A DNA stretch of 64,000 bases from Lama guanicoe (lineage: Eukaryota): contig MU053472.1 in assembly GCA_013239625.1 (NCBI GenBank), forward strand, positions 3,767,410 to 3,831,409. The letters run 5' to 3'. Numbering within the stretch: position 1 is the stretch's first letter; each line of letters begins with the position of its first letter. Both the position numbers and the translations under genes were made by a program. Shown here in pieces: positions 20,891-35,449 of this stretch. Below the pieces are notes generated by a model. It was given only the letters and a program-made list of their open reading frames with translations, did no database searches and had not been told where the DNA came from.

Positions 20891-23800
20891 GATAGTTCAA
20901 TCTGAATTGATAATCTTACTGGTTTGGTTTTAATTCTTCACAAACTGCATGAAGGAAGAAAAAAATACTAAGACTATGTAGAAGGTAAAAAGTATTTGAA
21001 TATCATCTCTATTCAGAAAATGTGTTTCAATACCAGGGTTTTTATTATTATTATTTTTATCATTGATGTTAGTCATTATTACCTCTTATTCCCATTTTCT
21101 AAAATGGGTTGGTTTTAGTATAATTTAAGGGATATAAAGACTGACTCAAGAAGAATATATGTGTCTGCTATGACAAAAACATTAGGTTGTTATCTGCTGT
21201 GAAGTTAGTAAACTGTATGGTATACATACAAAAAAAACTTATATATTTTTATCATCATTAGAGATTATTTGAAATTTAGTTGTCTTCCTGTGGGTGTATG
21301 AAAAGGCCATGGGTGCCTTAGGACCATTTAAAAGGTAAAAGCAAGTCACTTAAACTTTCATCTGTGGAGGTAGGGTTGGTGGGGTAACTAAGTAATCTTT
21401 AAGTTCTTTTCCAGCTCTAGACATTTAGAGTTTATGCTTATTTCAGAAACAGACTCATTATGCTACAGGGACATGTAACTTGATTATTTATTTATTTTCC
21501 CTGAGATGAAATTTATTTGGTAAGTGGTACCAAAAAATCTGACCAGACTCCTTAAAGTCACATAACAAGTGAGTAGCAAAACGAAGTACCAGACTCAGTT
21601 ACATGCCTCGTCCTCTGGTCCTATACTCTTTACATATTAACACACAGACACACAGAGGAGTTTCCTCTGGAGTTTTATATTTTAAAATATCTGTAGTGGA
21701 TTGAGGACCTTTATTCTATATTCTTCATCCAGGCTGTCCCAGTGACCAAACTGGGACTGACTTCAATCACGAAGCTGCATCCAAGTGAATCTGAACCTGT
21801 GGAAAGACTTGAAAAAGCCAGAGGTGGCGTAGATCCATTAGTAGTCAAAGGAGGATGCTGAATCTCATCCTAAAGTAATTTGCAAAGTTGAATTATTAGA
21901 GATAAGCTGAATAATTACACGAGAAATAAGATTGGGGCTGAGGGTTAAACCTCTAGTATGTATGGAAGCTTCTGGAGGCATCTGGGAGGAGTGGAAATGG
22001 GGCCATCTGATTAGTAACTGTGCCTTGTTATTAAACCGTGACTTTCTGCATTGTGTGTCCCCAGAGTTGGAAAACCTCCGCGGGCAAAAAAAAAAAAAAA
22101 AAGAGAAGAGAAGGGCTGCCGCGCTGTTGCTGAGGGCCATACAGTAGACACAAAAGCGCCTTCTTAGAGGCGCTTGTACAGGCAGGCCCGGTCCTCTCAA
22201 AGACTGGGAATCAGATTCTTTCCCCAGGGGGTTTCCAACTAGTTTGCACTTCAGAAAAATCTTTTCTTTCTCCTGCTGTTCACGCCCTGCAAAGAATTTT
22301 CTTCCAACCAAAGAAATTGTTTTATAATCAAAGATCCTTGTCCTTAGTTGTTGGACATCAAAGAAAGTTTGGAGGAGACTGGGGGATTATGTGAGTGCCT
22401 CGAATTTATTTTGAATGCAGACTTGCAACATTAGCAAGTCCCCTAAAGGATATACTCATTTCAGAGCTGGGAGAGAGCCTAATATAACTAAATCTCTGTT
22501 TTTCTTTGGTTGGATGTGCCCCAGTAAGACACAAATGAGTGCAGTAGCTCTGTCTGGACTTCACTCCTGTCTGTTTGGTTCTTGAGGTTCTTACCAAGGG
22601 GAGAGGTACCCTTCCCTGTTAAAACCTGGTGTTAGGGAGCATCACAATCTTTTGATAAACTTGAAACAAACAAAGCCCCTCTTTTTTAACCATCAATACT
22701 TCAACTCTTGGGAATCTGGGGCTTCTCCCAGGGCAGTGGATGAGCTCACTGATGTTGGGAGCCACATTCCCTGCATTCCCTACCATCTCCGAGGTGTGGG
22801 TGATGTCACTTTTCTCCCACAAAGGAAAACCTCAGCACCCTGAGGGCCTGAACTCAGGTCTTGGCAGGTAGATGAAGGAGGAACTTACTTTTGGATTTAA
22901 AGTGTTTGGTTGAGTCAGGCATAAGGAGGCATGACCATGTTAAGTACCAACTTCACAGCTTCATCTCTGGGTCCTGAATAGGGAGAATTTATCATTTAGG
23001 GAGAATTAAGACTGTAACTTGAAGGAATTATTTTCTGGGTAGGAACAACGATTCACTTGATATTTTGGTTCTTGCACTTTGGGACATTTATAGGGCATTG
23101 TTCTGATTATGGCTCCTTCTTGAATATCCTTCTCTGAATCCATGAATTTTTTTCAAGGTTTTCTGGAACCGTTTATAGATTATCTAACTTTCCTTCCTAG
23201 AGCAGATTAACAACAACAAAAACAAGAATTAGGAAAAATAAAGTGATGGATAGGGCAGATTTAGGCAGAATTATGCCCTGGGCAAAGTACATTCTTGTTA
23301 TTTTAATCTTGGCTCTGTGGTTATGAACAGAAAAGCGTATTTGCTCTAGAAGACTTCCAATCTCTTTCTATCCCTTCATCGCAACCACAAAGTAGTGGTT
23401 GGAAATAGAATTCCAGGAACACCAAAAATGCGCACAATTTCAAGAGTGGCAGCTACAGTGCCCCCACAAGGATACTTTGCACACTCTTCCTCGGAGCCTT
23501 CTTGTGGCGTCCTTGTGGTTGGGAGCCTCCATCATCAATCACAAAGACTTGCCCTGAAGCCAGACCTGGTAAAAATGTCACTTATCTATCTTTGCCACCA
23601 GAAACAACCCTTTGTATTTTATCTGTTCTGAACTACCAGACAGTCTCTTTGATGGACTCATCAACTGACCGTTCCCATAAAACTTTAAATGCACAATTTT
23701 GTACCAGGAAAGTAAGTCAGGATGCGTAGGGTGGGCAGGATTAGCCAGAGGTTTTCATCCCACTCAGCGATACTAACTTGCCTGTGTTACTCCTGTGCAA

Positions 23801-24969
23801 ATGTTAGATTATAATTTTTTTTAACACTAAGAATATATGAGTAAAATTGACTGAAATGTAAGAGTGCCCTTCAGTTTATATAGGGGAATAGGGAGTTAAA
23901 CTGTAAAGGAAGAACCCAACCTGCAACTAACCTTTCGCTTTTGTAATCTCATTTCTCCTGAGTTGATGTGTGCTTGAACCAAATTCATGCTGTTATATAA
24001 AACGCCCTAGTTTTTCAAGCAACATCAATCTTCAAGGTATGGAACAGGATTTGGCGTTTTGTTTCCATTTTTATTGTTTTGTTTTCTAAAGGGAGGTTTG
24101 AACTAGAGCCTGTCTGGCGGGATTCCATACTTTTACCAAACCACCTGTCCTGCCAGAGACAATGGAATCAAAAGTCAAGTTCTTTATGACTGCACCTGCC
24201 TTGTAAGGGCCGCCAGACGACCCGATTTTCTCCTGTTGCCAATTTCTACCCAGAAACTCTAGTAGATGGCAACCACTCAGTGGGCGCATATACCCCAGAA
24301 CTTGGATGACCCAATTTCTGGACCAGTACTATTCCCCCACTGACTTCCAAGGTGGTCTTTTGCATCATATTCAATGACTGTTTTACTGTTTATCGAATGG
24401 AGGAGATGGAACTTTCTGGTCCACTTGGTTTTCAAGATTTTTGTGAGCCTCTGTTAATGGTGATGAATCATTTGGTAATTTACTATTTGGAAATTATCTT
24501 GTGCAATTATGCATCTAGTAAGTATGAAGGAGAGTATGATCGACCCAGAGGAGATCAGGAACATCTCTCTGACATCGGAACAGCATGCAGCATTTCCAGG
24601 AGTGAGAAGTTACCGTCTGTCCTTGCAGCTTTTTCTTTTTCCCAAAAGTGTCAGTTACCTGATGGGCCACCCGTTGAATGCTCTCCGATTAGGCCGTTGT
24701 TTTGAAGGCAATTTAACCTCCTTGATGAGGACTTTTCTCCTTTTGAATTAGCAGCGTAGTTTCTTGGATTCCCTTAAGGTAGAGTTATTTCATTATCTTC
24801 CAACTTTATGTCTATCTGGAAGCCTTCCAGCCTAAGAACATAATTTCTGCCACCATTCACATAATTGAAGATAATATGCCCACCAAATAGTGCTCTTTGC
24901 ACAGTATCCACATATAACGATATGATGTGATAATAAGGCAATAAAGTGTGTTCTAAAATGAGTGGCAAC

Positions 24970-25190
24970 ATCCTACAGTGGAAAGAGTCCTCAGTAGACT
25001 TGTGTTTTAATCTCAGTTCTGATCCTTCTTAGCTTTATGACCTCAAAGAAAATTGCTCAACCTCCTTGAGCCTGTGTCCTCATGCGTAAAATGGAGATAA
25101 TAGTAATAAATAGCCTGCCTTCCTGAAATGAAATCACGTTTGAGAATTGTCTTTGAAAATTGCAAATGTAAGGTATTATTATTATTAATA
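24970..25190 (+). mobile_element. MIR SINE
   Basis: tttatgacctc..ctcaacctccttgagcctgtgtcctcatgcgtaaaatggagataatagta..tattattatta. Confidence 0.7.
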
Positions 25191-27894
25191 GTAATTGAAC
25201 TCTTTCTTAGTCACCTAATTACCGTCAGAAATATTATTAAATCTGAGGGTTATTGATTTAGGCTCAGTTCAGCTTTTGAATTGGTAAGTTGGCACTATCC
25301 AAAAATAACTAAGCAAGACTATTTGTATTTTTTATGTAGCTAAGAAGGCAAAGCTTTAGATTAAAAATTTTGTGGGCCAAAGAGCTGATTAAATTAATCA
25401 TAATGTAGTAACAGGTAGCCTTGGTGGCTGAGAGAATCACTAAGAGTGTAGAGGTTTTAAGTTCTGTAAGTGCCTGGCTTGTGCCGTGCTGAATCACTTG
25501 CCCTCCCTGGACCTTGGTACATGTGGCTGTTCTACGTTGGTGAGCCCATTAGCTTCTCTCCCTGATCAGTGAGGTAGGCACTGGTACAACACAAAGCAGG
25601 TGCTTTCTGAATTTTCACTTCTCAGAGGGATCCTAGAACCACATTACATACCACTTTTACATTTTCATTTTTGGAGTATCTTAATTGCTGCTACCCTGAA
25701 ACAGTTGCTCAGAATGCTGAAGCCTCGGCTTCTGTCCAGCTTTGCAGCCCTTCTCCAAGGGCTAGCAGGGAAGGAGTTCAGAATTGTAAAGGGGTAACTC
25801 ACCCGGATCATTATACTCGTATGTACTGTGCTGGTCCCAGCACATCGTTCTTTGAAGCTCAGCGGATAAGATTCTGTAACCTGCTTGGAAATGATCTCAC
25901 AAGTCCCTGAGACTCCCGGTTCCCCATCTGAGAAATATTAGATCAAAATGAGAATAAGCAGTTTCAGTCATAGTACCTTATCAACTATTGGTGGCCTGAA
26001 AATCTTTTTCAGGTAAAGATCATCTTTTGAGCCATCTCAGAGACTAATATCACGCAGTATGGAAAAATCTGTATTCCATTCTGTAACTCTACCAATTTGA
26101 AGTCTCCTCCCTGCTCCAAATACGTAAATAATGGGATAAAGGTAATTATGGGTTTTCTCATCTTTTCTACTTACTTGTTCCCTGTTATGATTAAATGCAC
26201 ATAGCTTATAACTCTTTTAGAGACAAACTCAATTCCCATTATTATCCTTTCAACACTTGCATGGTATTATAATCCATTTCAATCACAGTGTGACATAGTG
26301 GGAGTCAGGAGACGTGCGTCTGGGGAAAGATGAACAGAGGCAAGTGTTTTCCCTTCTATTGGTTTTGGGAAGCGTCCTTCCTCCCTGAAGCCACTTCTAG
26401 GGGGAAAAGCTGTTTTCTTCTCAAGGCCTAACAAAGATTAGTGAGAGAAGTCTGCAAAGCATTTGAAGCTCTTTGAAATAAAGGCATGATCAACACTCAG
26501 TATCACTGTTATTATCATTAAAAAGGAAAGCCCAGCATGTGATGTTTTGGGTCACTTCCAGCGGTCTGTTTTGATGTTCTTGGTTCCTTCTTTGACCTTT
26601 ACCTCTTGATATCTTTATACATTTATTGAGGCTGTTGGACAAAGTCTTGAGATCCTAAGCAATATGGTGTTGAGAATGAACAACTGCTCGCCTCCGTTTT
26701 TCATGGGTGGAATGTCTGAAAATGTGTTTAAAATAAACAGTTGAGGTTTCTGTCTTTGGGTACCTGTTGCTCAAGTTTGGCAACCTTCGTGGCAAAGTTA
26801 GTTTAATATCTGGTCATTTGAGTTTTTATTTCTAACTCTGTTCCCTACCTTGTAATCAGAGTTTTACAGGAAAATTTTCATTTAAATAGAATAAACATCA
26901 AATTAACTAGGATTTTTTTTCTGTACTGTGCTTATGACATAGAGATAAATTAGAAGGAAGAAAGCAGATATAAAGGATCTAAAAAAACAAATACTTAAAT
27001 CTCCAGAAAGAATACAAGTACCTCCTACAGATACTCTAAGTTCAGCCCAGTTTCCTATACTTCAGAACGTAAATTACTTCATGCTAAAAAATGACCATAA
27101 TAATACCCTTGTAGTGTTACGAGATACCAAAGATACCAAGTAAAGTCTAAATTTTGTTCAGTATAATGTATTTTTGCAGGAAAGACCACCAATACATTTT
27201 AGGAAGGATTTCAATAGTACAGGTTGAATTTAAAAGGACTTCTTTCTGATCCTTGGAAAGCTAAATAAATCACAAACTTTTTATTTTGTGCCTTCTACAT
27301 TCAAGAACTTATACTAATCAGAATCTCCTATTCCCTGATTGGCAGTAGTATTTGAGAATCGAATAGAATTATCACTCATTTTCTTTTTAAATGCTGCTTG
27401 TTTTTCTTTTTAAGTTTGTGGAGTTACTGTGCTGTTTTGTTTAAAAAGGGCACATTCTTCGTAACCCTAGTTAATGAATTATTTGTTTTAGATTTAAAGA
27501 GGTTAGTCTACAGTCAAGTTTATATAGACACATTTATTTTTCCTCTCTAGTTTTTCAATTGAGTTTATAAAATCCCCACCCAAATTTCAGCATCTCTACA
27601 CACATAGATTTTTTTATTTCTATGTTTAGATGTCACCAAAAAAATGAAAATTTCCATCAGAACCAAAGGAACTCAACATATTGTGTAGAAAATTGAAAAT
27701 GAGGATAGTATATATATCCTGTCAACCACTACAGAAAATTATTTGAAATTAACATCATGTTTAGCTTTATGCAAAAGCAACCACCCTGAAACTACTATGG
27801 TAATGTATGTGTTTGTATGATATACACATGAAGGATTGAAAATGAGTGTTTCGATTAGGATGAATGTATATATGTTCCATATGCTTGTATATAG

Positions 27895-27960
27895 AATATA
27901 TATTATTCATATTACATAGAGCATATATATGGAATATAGAAATATATATATATATATATT
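27895..27960. repeat. AT-rich low complexity / (TA)n
   Basis: Runs of atatatat. Confidence 0.8.
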
Positions 27961-30459
27961 CTAAATACTTTAAGAATTCTCAATCCTTTAGGGGAAGCTA
28001 GTTCCTCTAAGCAAACCTTGGGTCAGTCTCTGGAAATAGCTGCCTTTGGAGACACTGAAGCCAAACAAATTATCTGGCTTTTGAAATTTTGCCTGTTTGA
28101 GAGGATGGTCACATGCAAAATGGATAAGCTTAGGACAGAATCCCCCTCTGTCTTCTTTTCCCTGAAGCCCCCTCTTCCATTTATAATTTTAGTTAATATC
28201 ACTTAGTAGAAAACAGTCAAGTCTGATCTCTTCACAGAATGATGTCTTTCTGCCTGTCAGCCTTGTCTCAAATTCAGCACGTGGGAGCTGAGTTTCTTCT
28301 CTTTCCTGTTAAGTTCTGCTCGCCCTTCTCCCCTCAGTTGTGCTGGCTGTCTCTGTCCTTAAGAATATTAACCTACATAATGGTCCTTCTGTTCCCTTTC
28401 TCTCATTTTCATTCTGGGTCCCTGAAAAAATCTGTGCCCACTATCAGATCAAATGTCTGTTCTCACTATGAAAATTTATCAGTTTTGTGTCCTCCATGTT
28501 ACATTGGTCTCATTCAGCTGGGATTTTGATGACCAGTTGGGACTTGATGGCGTCCCTCCTATGCCAGGTACTGTGCCAGGTTCACTGTATGTGTTCAGTA
28601 AATGTTATAAAATAGCCATCTTTTTGTCGACTAAGCTGATGTGATGTTGCTATTGTTCATCCGGAGACAGTTTTGTGCAGGCTGCATTAACAGGCAACTG
28701 CATGCCAGATTACATGCTGACAGCTGTGTCTTCCCATCAGAAAAAGATCCTTTTTCCCTCCCTATCAAATGAAAGCCTAGATTTTAGAGAAAATTACAAA
28801 ATACAGAAAATGAAAGAGAAGAACTAAAATCACAGCATCTGTGGTTTTTTCTATCCTTAATAGTAAGGCAGCTTCCTAGAGGATTTTATTGTAATATGTC
28901 GATGAAATATTTATAGTCATCCCTTTGCAGTTTGTTTAGAAAGTAGTTTCTAAGCAGCAGTTCCTGCATCATCTAGAAAACTGTTAGCTAGAGCAACCAC
29001 ATTTCTTTTCTTTCCAAGCTGCAAAATCAGTCTAATCTTTTTTTTTAAAGTTTGTTTAACACTCAGTCTTTATGGTGAGAGACTAAGTTACATGATCTTC
29101 CTTCCAAAAGAATGTCCCTCAGATTTTTGTGTTTTATAGCTTTCTGATTTCATTGCCATGATAGATTTACTTATCAGGGAACTGTGACTACCTGTAGGAG
29201 TTCAAGTGTACACTGCAATAAACTATCCCTCATAAGAAGGAATAATTTCATAGCTATTGCTATGGTAGTAGGTTTGGATGCGCCTCACATGGATGCAGAC
29301 CTCTGAAATAATTGAGTCATATGTATGTGCAAAGCTAGAAAACTTACCATCACGTTATATTGCCTCATATTTACAATATCTTTTCCAAAATCTTCGGATA
29401 GGTAGGTCGTGCTGTGACAGACCATTTGGCTTCCTCGGAGCCATTACCTTATATTTTTCCCCAGAAAGAAATTTCAGATCCTGTTTAATACTTGCTGGTT
29501 TTACCTGGTACTGAAGGCAGAGAGGTTGTAGTAGTAGTCTCGTAAAGAAGGAAATTGGATTGTCAGTCTGTCCAAACAAACCCACTATATGGAGCACTGA
29601 TGAGGAATGTTGTTTTCCTCTTGATACACTTGCCAGCGCAGCACCATGGCCCTCTTTAGAGAACCCTGTGATAGAGTTTCAGCTCTCTAGCTAAGGCAGA
29701 ATATCTAGAAAACAGCTGACCATTGAGCCTTCATAGATTTTCAAAACCCTGAAGGTGAGAGGAGTTGGGAGGATAAAAGGGGGCCATTTCTCCCCACCCT
29801 CAAAAATCCTAAAGTTCAAAGATGCAGCTGGTGTTCCATGGAGGCGATGCATCTGGTGTGGTCCAGGTACCGGAGAGGTAACTGCTGCCCTGTAGCCCGC
29901 CTGTTATCCTCTAAGGGGGCCTGTGCCTTCCCTCTGAATCATCTCCTCAGGTCTTCTATCCTTTTGTGGGCCTGCTTTGAACTTCTTGTGTATTAATCTC
30001 TTTTAGGAAGTACAGGTTCTAAGCAGGGGATAGTAAACCCTCCAGGTACACTCTCAGCCATGCTATGTGAGGAGGATGGTTGAACACTCTTGTTTCTGCA
30101 TATTTCAAAACTGCAAAAGAACTCTTAAGTTCTTGCTCACTTGGTTTCTTCTATTGCCCTAATAACCTTCTAAATTATCTCTCCATTTGTTCAATATCCA
30201 ATGCATTACTTTTCTTCATTCAAGCTAGTATCAGGTCATTGATAACCACCAATATAGGAAGGCTAGAGACATGTTCTCTTCCCCCTTGAAAACTATTTTC
30301 TGGAAGAGTTTGAGGCCAAATTCTGAGGGATTGTCTGGAATTTCTTTATAAAATTCACCATCAATTGGTAGGTAGGATTTACTTCTGTAGTTTTACGCTC
30401 AAGCTTACTACTGATTCATATTCTTTCTGCAGTTTCACTAAAACCAAGATTTCAGTTTT

Positions 30460-30551
30460 GGGGTGGGGAGAAATATCTCAGTGGTAGAGTGTGTGCTTAG
30501 CATGCACGAGGTATAGGTTCAATCTCCAGTATCTCTACTGAAAAAAAAAAA
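30460..30551 (+). mobile_element. tRNA(Ala)-derived SINE (camelid Vic-1-like), short form
   Basis: ggggag..ctcagtggtagagtgtgtgcttagcatgcacgagg..ggttcaatctccagtatctc plus A-tail, with pol III A/B-box-like motifs. Confidence 0.8.
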
Positions 30552-30842
30552 GATTTTGATTTGTATTTTAAAAGTCAAACTGAACTCTGATGTCTCCCTA
30601 GGAGAGAAGGGTATCCCCAGGAGATAGGAGTCTAGAGAATGTTGGAAGTAACCCAACAATATCCAGTTGTGTTTCTACTCAAGGCACAGTGCAAGCATAT
30701 GGGTCGTGGTCTGTCGCAGGAAATGTAAAACGGTACAGTGAATCTCAGAAATCAGATCAGTCAGTTTCCTGACCTACACTGTAATCAAAACAGTAATGTC
30801 AAGTTCATCTCTACCTCAGGGTAGATAGTCTGAAGAGCAGTC

Positions 30843-31020
30843 TTTTTTTTTTTAAAGCATCATTTGATTACTTTTTGAAATGTTTTATTATAATTGTTTA
30901 TTTGGGGGGGGTAATTAGGTTTACTTATTTATTTATTTTTAGAGGAGGTCCTGGGGATTGAACCCAGGACCTTTTGTAAGCTAAGCATGTGTTCTACCAC
31001 TTGAGCTATCCCCTCCCCCC
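30843..31020 (-). mobile_element. tRNA-derived SINE (camelid Vic-1-like)
   Basis: T-tail..aattaggtttacttatttattt..gaggtcctggggattgaacccaggacc..gctaagcatgtgttctaccacttgagctatcccctcccc. Confidence 0.85.
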
Positions 31021-34000
31021 AAGGATAGTCTTCTCACATGAAGTCCTGTCCCCCACTGCACAGGGCGGGTCACTCTCTGCTCCGCAATAGCAACATTACC
31101 TAGCAAGTTAGGACAGGAGAATGAACCAGCCGTATCCAACGGAAGCTGCAAAGGAGAGTCAAGAAAACACAAGGAATAATGATTTCACATATACATAATA
31201 TGTATAATGCATTGTTACAAGATTATAAATGGATAGAAGAGTATGAATTGCATCCACTGCCCCCAAATTTTCTTGTGAGAGCATTTTGTGCTAAGTTATA
31301 TGACATCTGCTTTCCCTCAGTATCAGACCATGAGTGAAAATAAAGCCACATAACCCCTCCTTGGATTTCGAAGACAGGTGTTCCCCTGTGAGAGAGTCAT
31401 AATGATGGCAGTTGTGTTGGAGTGAATGTGCCACTAACTTACGTATTGACTTGAGAGTCATAGGTCTTCGTTGTAGGGGCTCCTGTTTATTCTGCTTTCG
31501 AATGTATTCAGAGGCCAGTAGGTACTTAATAAAGAAATAGTGAAAACTTCTACTATCTTCCTTTGGAGTCCATCCACTGGCATATAATTAAATAATAATT
31601 AGACTCCGTACTCCCTGGCTTGAGTCCTCTTTAATATTTGCTGCCCCCCACCCAAAGCTTTTCTGGCATTATTGGTGTTAAGTCTATGTTTCTGTCATAA
31701 GCTAGCTGGCTTCCCATTATAGCTCATGATTAATACTCATGTGTGTTTGTGTGAAAAACGTTTTGATAAAGCTCAGACAGATGTCATTCCGTCTCCTGGG
31801 AGTCACCTTAATGAAGAGGGTCACCCTTTAGTTCCCCCTAACTTTACTTACTGGCATTTTTGAAGCCTCTCATTCTCTCCTAGTCTTGAGGGGGTGTTCT
31901 TTTTCACCTTGTACATTGCTCTCAGAAGACCAACATACTTTCCTGCCTCCTCTGTCTACTACCTCGTAATAATAAATCCAGCCTCAAAGACCTACTGTCT
32001 TGGAGGCTTCTGTATCACGTGGTAGGGCCGATTCCTGCTTCATCTCAAGGTCTTGTTTCCCTACCCCCGTCATCCTCTAGCTGTCAGCTGTGAAGACTCT
32101 TAACTTGCACCTCCTAAACTGCTTAGAAGAGAGGCTGGTTCTCCCGGCCTGGCCGTGGCGCTGACCTTGACCCTTTCCCCAGTCCTGAGCACTCCCGGAA
32201 ACTCAGCCCCCTCAGCACCTAATTCATGCCTGATCCTCTGACTTTTCTTGCTGTGGCCTCAGGAGAGAGAGCGAGCACATTCTGAACACTCCTCCTTTTG
32301 TGTCGGCATCTCTGTGAGGTGATTTGGAAGGACTCCAGCCAGGCATGGAAGGGCTCTTTGATAATATCTGATGGGTGGGTAACAAATTCGGGCACCTGGC
32401 CAAGATACACATTGCCTGTAATCGTTAACTCAGTCTGTAAACAGTTCAAACGGCACTGAGAGGCCGTCAGTTATTCTATTAGAAGAAGCCTTTCATCTCT
32501 CTCGCTTAGAAGCCAGGCGTCCAGCATCGGCCCCCACTGTGGCAACTGGAGCCATGTGCTCTGCGCGCAGCCGCCAAGGCCTAGGATGCAGGGATGTACA
32601 ATGGACCCTGCTCCAAATGACTGCTGTTCAAACTTTCAGCATTGGAGCAATAACTAAATCGTTAATTTTCTTTTGTTCTGCACCTGGCTGATGCTGGAAG
32701 GGAAAAAAAAGGAAAAAGCGAGGGGAAAACAAAACAAACAAAACAAAACAAAAAACCCCCCAAAAATCTTGAACAGAAATAAATAGGGAAGGAATTATCA
32801 TCTGGGATTGGAAATTTCATTTTTCAGCTGAACTTTCCTACCAACACTCATGTTTTGAAAGCTTTACAACCTAACCATTCACCTTATTTTGTCCCTTTGC
32901 TCCAAAGTGATTTTAAGTTTGGCCCTCAGTGTACCTCGTGCCTCCAGTTAGCTTTAAAGTTATTCAATATTATTAGACCATAAGTGCAAGGCACAATTCT
33001 GGGCCAAAAGGAGCCTAGAGATTACAAACATTCCTGCCTTCAAGGTGCTTATGAATTGAGACTTAAAGGAAATACTAGGTAGGTACTAGAGATAAGTACC
33101 ACCATGAGCATTTATAAGTGCTAAACACGGCGAGTTTCTACTGGAGTTCACGGTGAGAGGCAAGAACAGCTGTGTGGACAAGGATGATCCGGGAAGCTCC
33201 TTGCCAACTCTGTGAGAAAACTTTTTTCAGTACTTCAAAAGAAATTGACTTATTTTCCTTCATGTTTCTCATTTATTTTCTTCTGCCTTTTTCGTTAAAT
33301 TGCTAATTTTGCTAGGCACACATTGAGTGTTATAGGTGCTTAGTGAATGAAATCATTAAGCCTTTTTTAGAATTGTTCTGATAAACTGAATTTTGCAGAG
33401 ATGGAGTCATGAGACCTGCCTTCCCATTGAACATTCTGGTACCAAAAGATGGTGCAGGAAAACCAAGCACAACTTATTCTAAGCATCTTAATTGCTGAAG
33501 ACCCTTTACTGATGATTTCTTAAGTTGTTTAGATTAGTTTTAGGGCAGCTGTCGCTGAAGCAGTTTGTTCCACATAGCACAGGAGCAAAATTTAGGCCAC
33601 AGATTTTAAATAAACCAGTGAAATAAAATCCTATACTCACTGTATTCAAAGGGAGCCTGAAAGCCCCAGGTTCTGTCCCTTACACCCAAGCGTAAAGCAG
33701 CCAGATTCTTTCCCTCTACAAAACAAATCTTAACATGTGCCCTACTTATTTCAACTAAAGGAAGACGATAGAGCCATAAGATATTCTTCCAGAAGAATAG
33801 GTGTTGGGGGGTCAAAAGGGGCTGCCTTAGATAATTGACTCTCCTGGGGGCCTCACGACTTATCAGTTAGAAAGCTCTGAGCTCATGCCTCTTCTTTGTT
33901 TCATTTTCCATTTTGCTCAGCTTTCTGGGTCACCTTGTCATCGCCTTTTTGTCTTTTGGATTTGGGGTTTGCCTCTGTCCTAGCATCCAAGTTTTCTTTG

Positions 34001-34569
34001 CTGATTGGGAATGTAGCTTTGGAAGAGCATTGACAAACTGAAAGAGAAGAAAGCGTGGCTTGAGGGTGTGCAACCTTGCCCTCCGTCCTGTACTCTGCTT
34101 CTGGTTTACCACCTGCTGAGGGTGAGCACTTCAGTAGATCCTTTCTTTTACCTCCAGATGACGGAACTTTCCTCTACTTCATAGAAAAAGGCAGCTCCAT
34201 CTTAAAAAGAGAAATTAAATCCTTTAGGAGAAAACAGGCACTAGAGCAAACAAAATCAAGTTTCTTTACCACTTGCTCAGCATTGTTATTTGTTCAAGGT
34301 AAACAGAGTGGTTATTTGAAAGGATGTGTTCAATCACATTTATGCAGTAGAATTGTAGAAATACAGACTTCATCAGGTACTTATACAAGGAAGCTTTGAG
34401 GCATGCTATCTGATCCACTCAGATCGATGCCTTGGTTAATCTTGAGGTCATTTACAGGTGTAACATGATGGAGAAATGATCCGTCTTAAATTTTAGCTCC
34501 CCACCCTCATTGCTTTCCTTATACCTGTTAATAAGGAAACTGCCTACAATTATTTTGGTCCCTCTAGAT

Positions 34570-34763
34570 CAGTGGTTCACAGATTTTAATGCATATCGGA
34601 ATCCGTTTTGGAAAGCTTGTTAAAACACAGATTCCTGGGCCTCTATCTCCAGAGTTTCTGATACAGTATATCTGAGGTGAGCCCTGAAATTTTGCATTTT
34701 TAACAAATTCCCAGGTGATGTTGGTATTGCTGGGTCTTGGGGACCACACTTTGAGATCCAGCG
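34570..34763. mobile_element. MER5A-like hAT-Charlie DNA transposon (MITE)
   Basis: cagtggttc..gcttgttaaaacacagattcctgggcc..ccagagtttctgat..ttttgcatttttaacaaattcccaggtgatg..ggaccacactttgaga. Confidence 0.85.
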
Positions 34764-35449
34764 CTCTCAGTTCCTGCCTACTTTATAGCCATGATGGCTT
34801 TAACAGACATGGGCTGTCTTCACATGGCCGGAGCATCCAACTTGTCTTGAAGTGACTGTGGCTTTACTGTCTGAAAGTGGACACTTAGTTAAGAGGGATT
34901 TTGTCCTCCCTGCAGAGATTAAGTGACCTGAAGCCTAGTCCTTTACTTACAGGTACCTGGCAAATGGCTTACCATCTCTTTTAAGCAGCACGTAGCAGGT
35001 GGGAGCTTGCTTTTGGAAAACCTATTAGCTGAGCTACAGAACTAATAATATGACACTAAGAGAATAAAGCCAGTGCTTTCGATTAGTTTCTATGTCATCC
35101 TCAAAGAGAGGATTCCAAGGTTGCCTTGACTTTAGGAATTCTCATTTTTCTTCTTTCCACTTCCCTGAACGACAGAACCTCTTAGAGGTTGTACAGTGGA
35201 TCATTTTAGAAGATGAGTGATTCGAGTTTCATTGTAGCGTGGTGGCCCACACTGCGTCTTCCCTTCTGGATCTATTGTAATGAGACCTGCTCAAGTGAAC
35301 CAACAGCCACAAACTCTACTTTTAATAGGATTAATTTGTGCAGCCATTTTAACTTTAAGCATTTTCATGCATTAAACTTAACATTTAATATGTTACCTCA
35401 ATAGTACTCAATCTGAAGATATGAATAGTGTTTGGCGAATTTGTCTCTC

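Noticed and set aside
30460..30540. Possible tRNA-Ala gene
   Set aside because: Degenerate stems, an A-tail and related dispersed copies show it is a tRNA-derived SINE.
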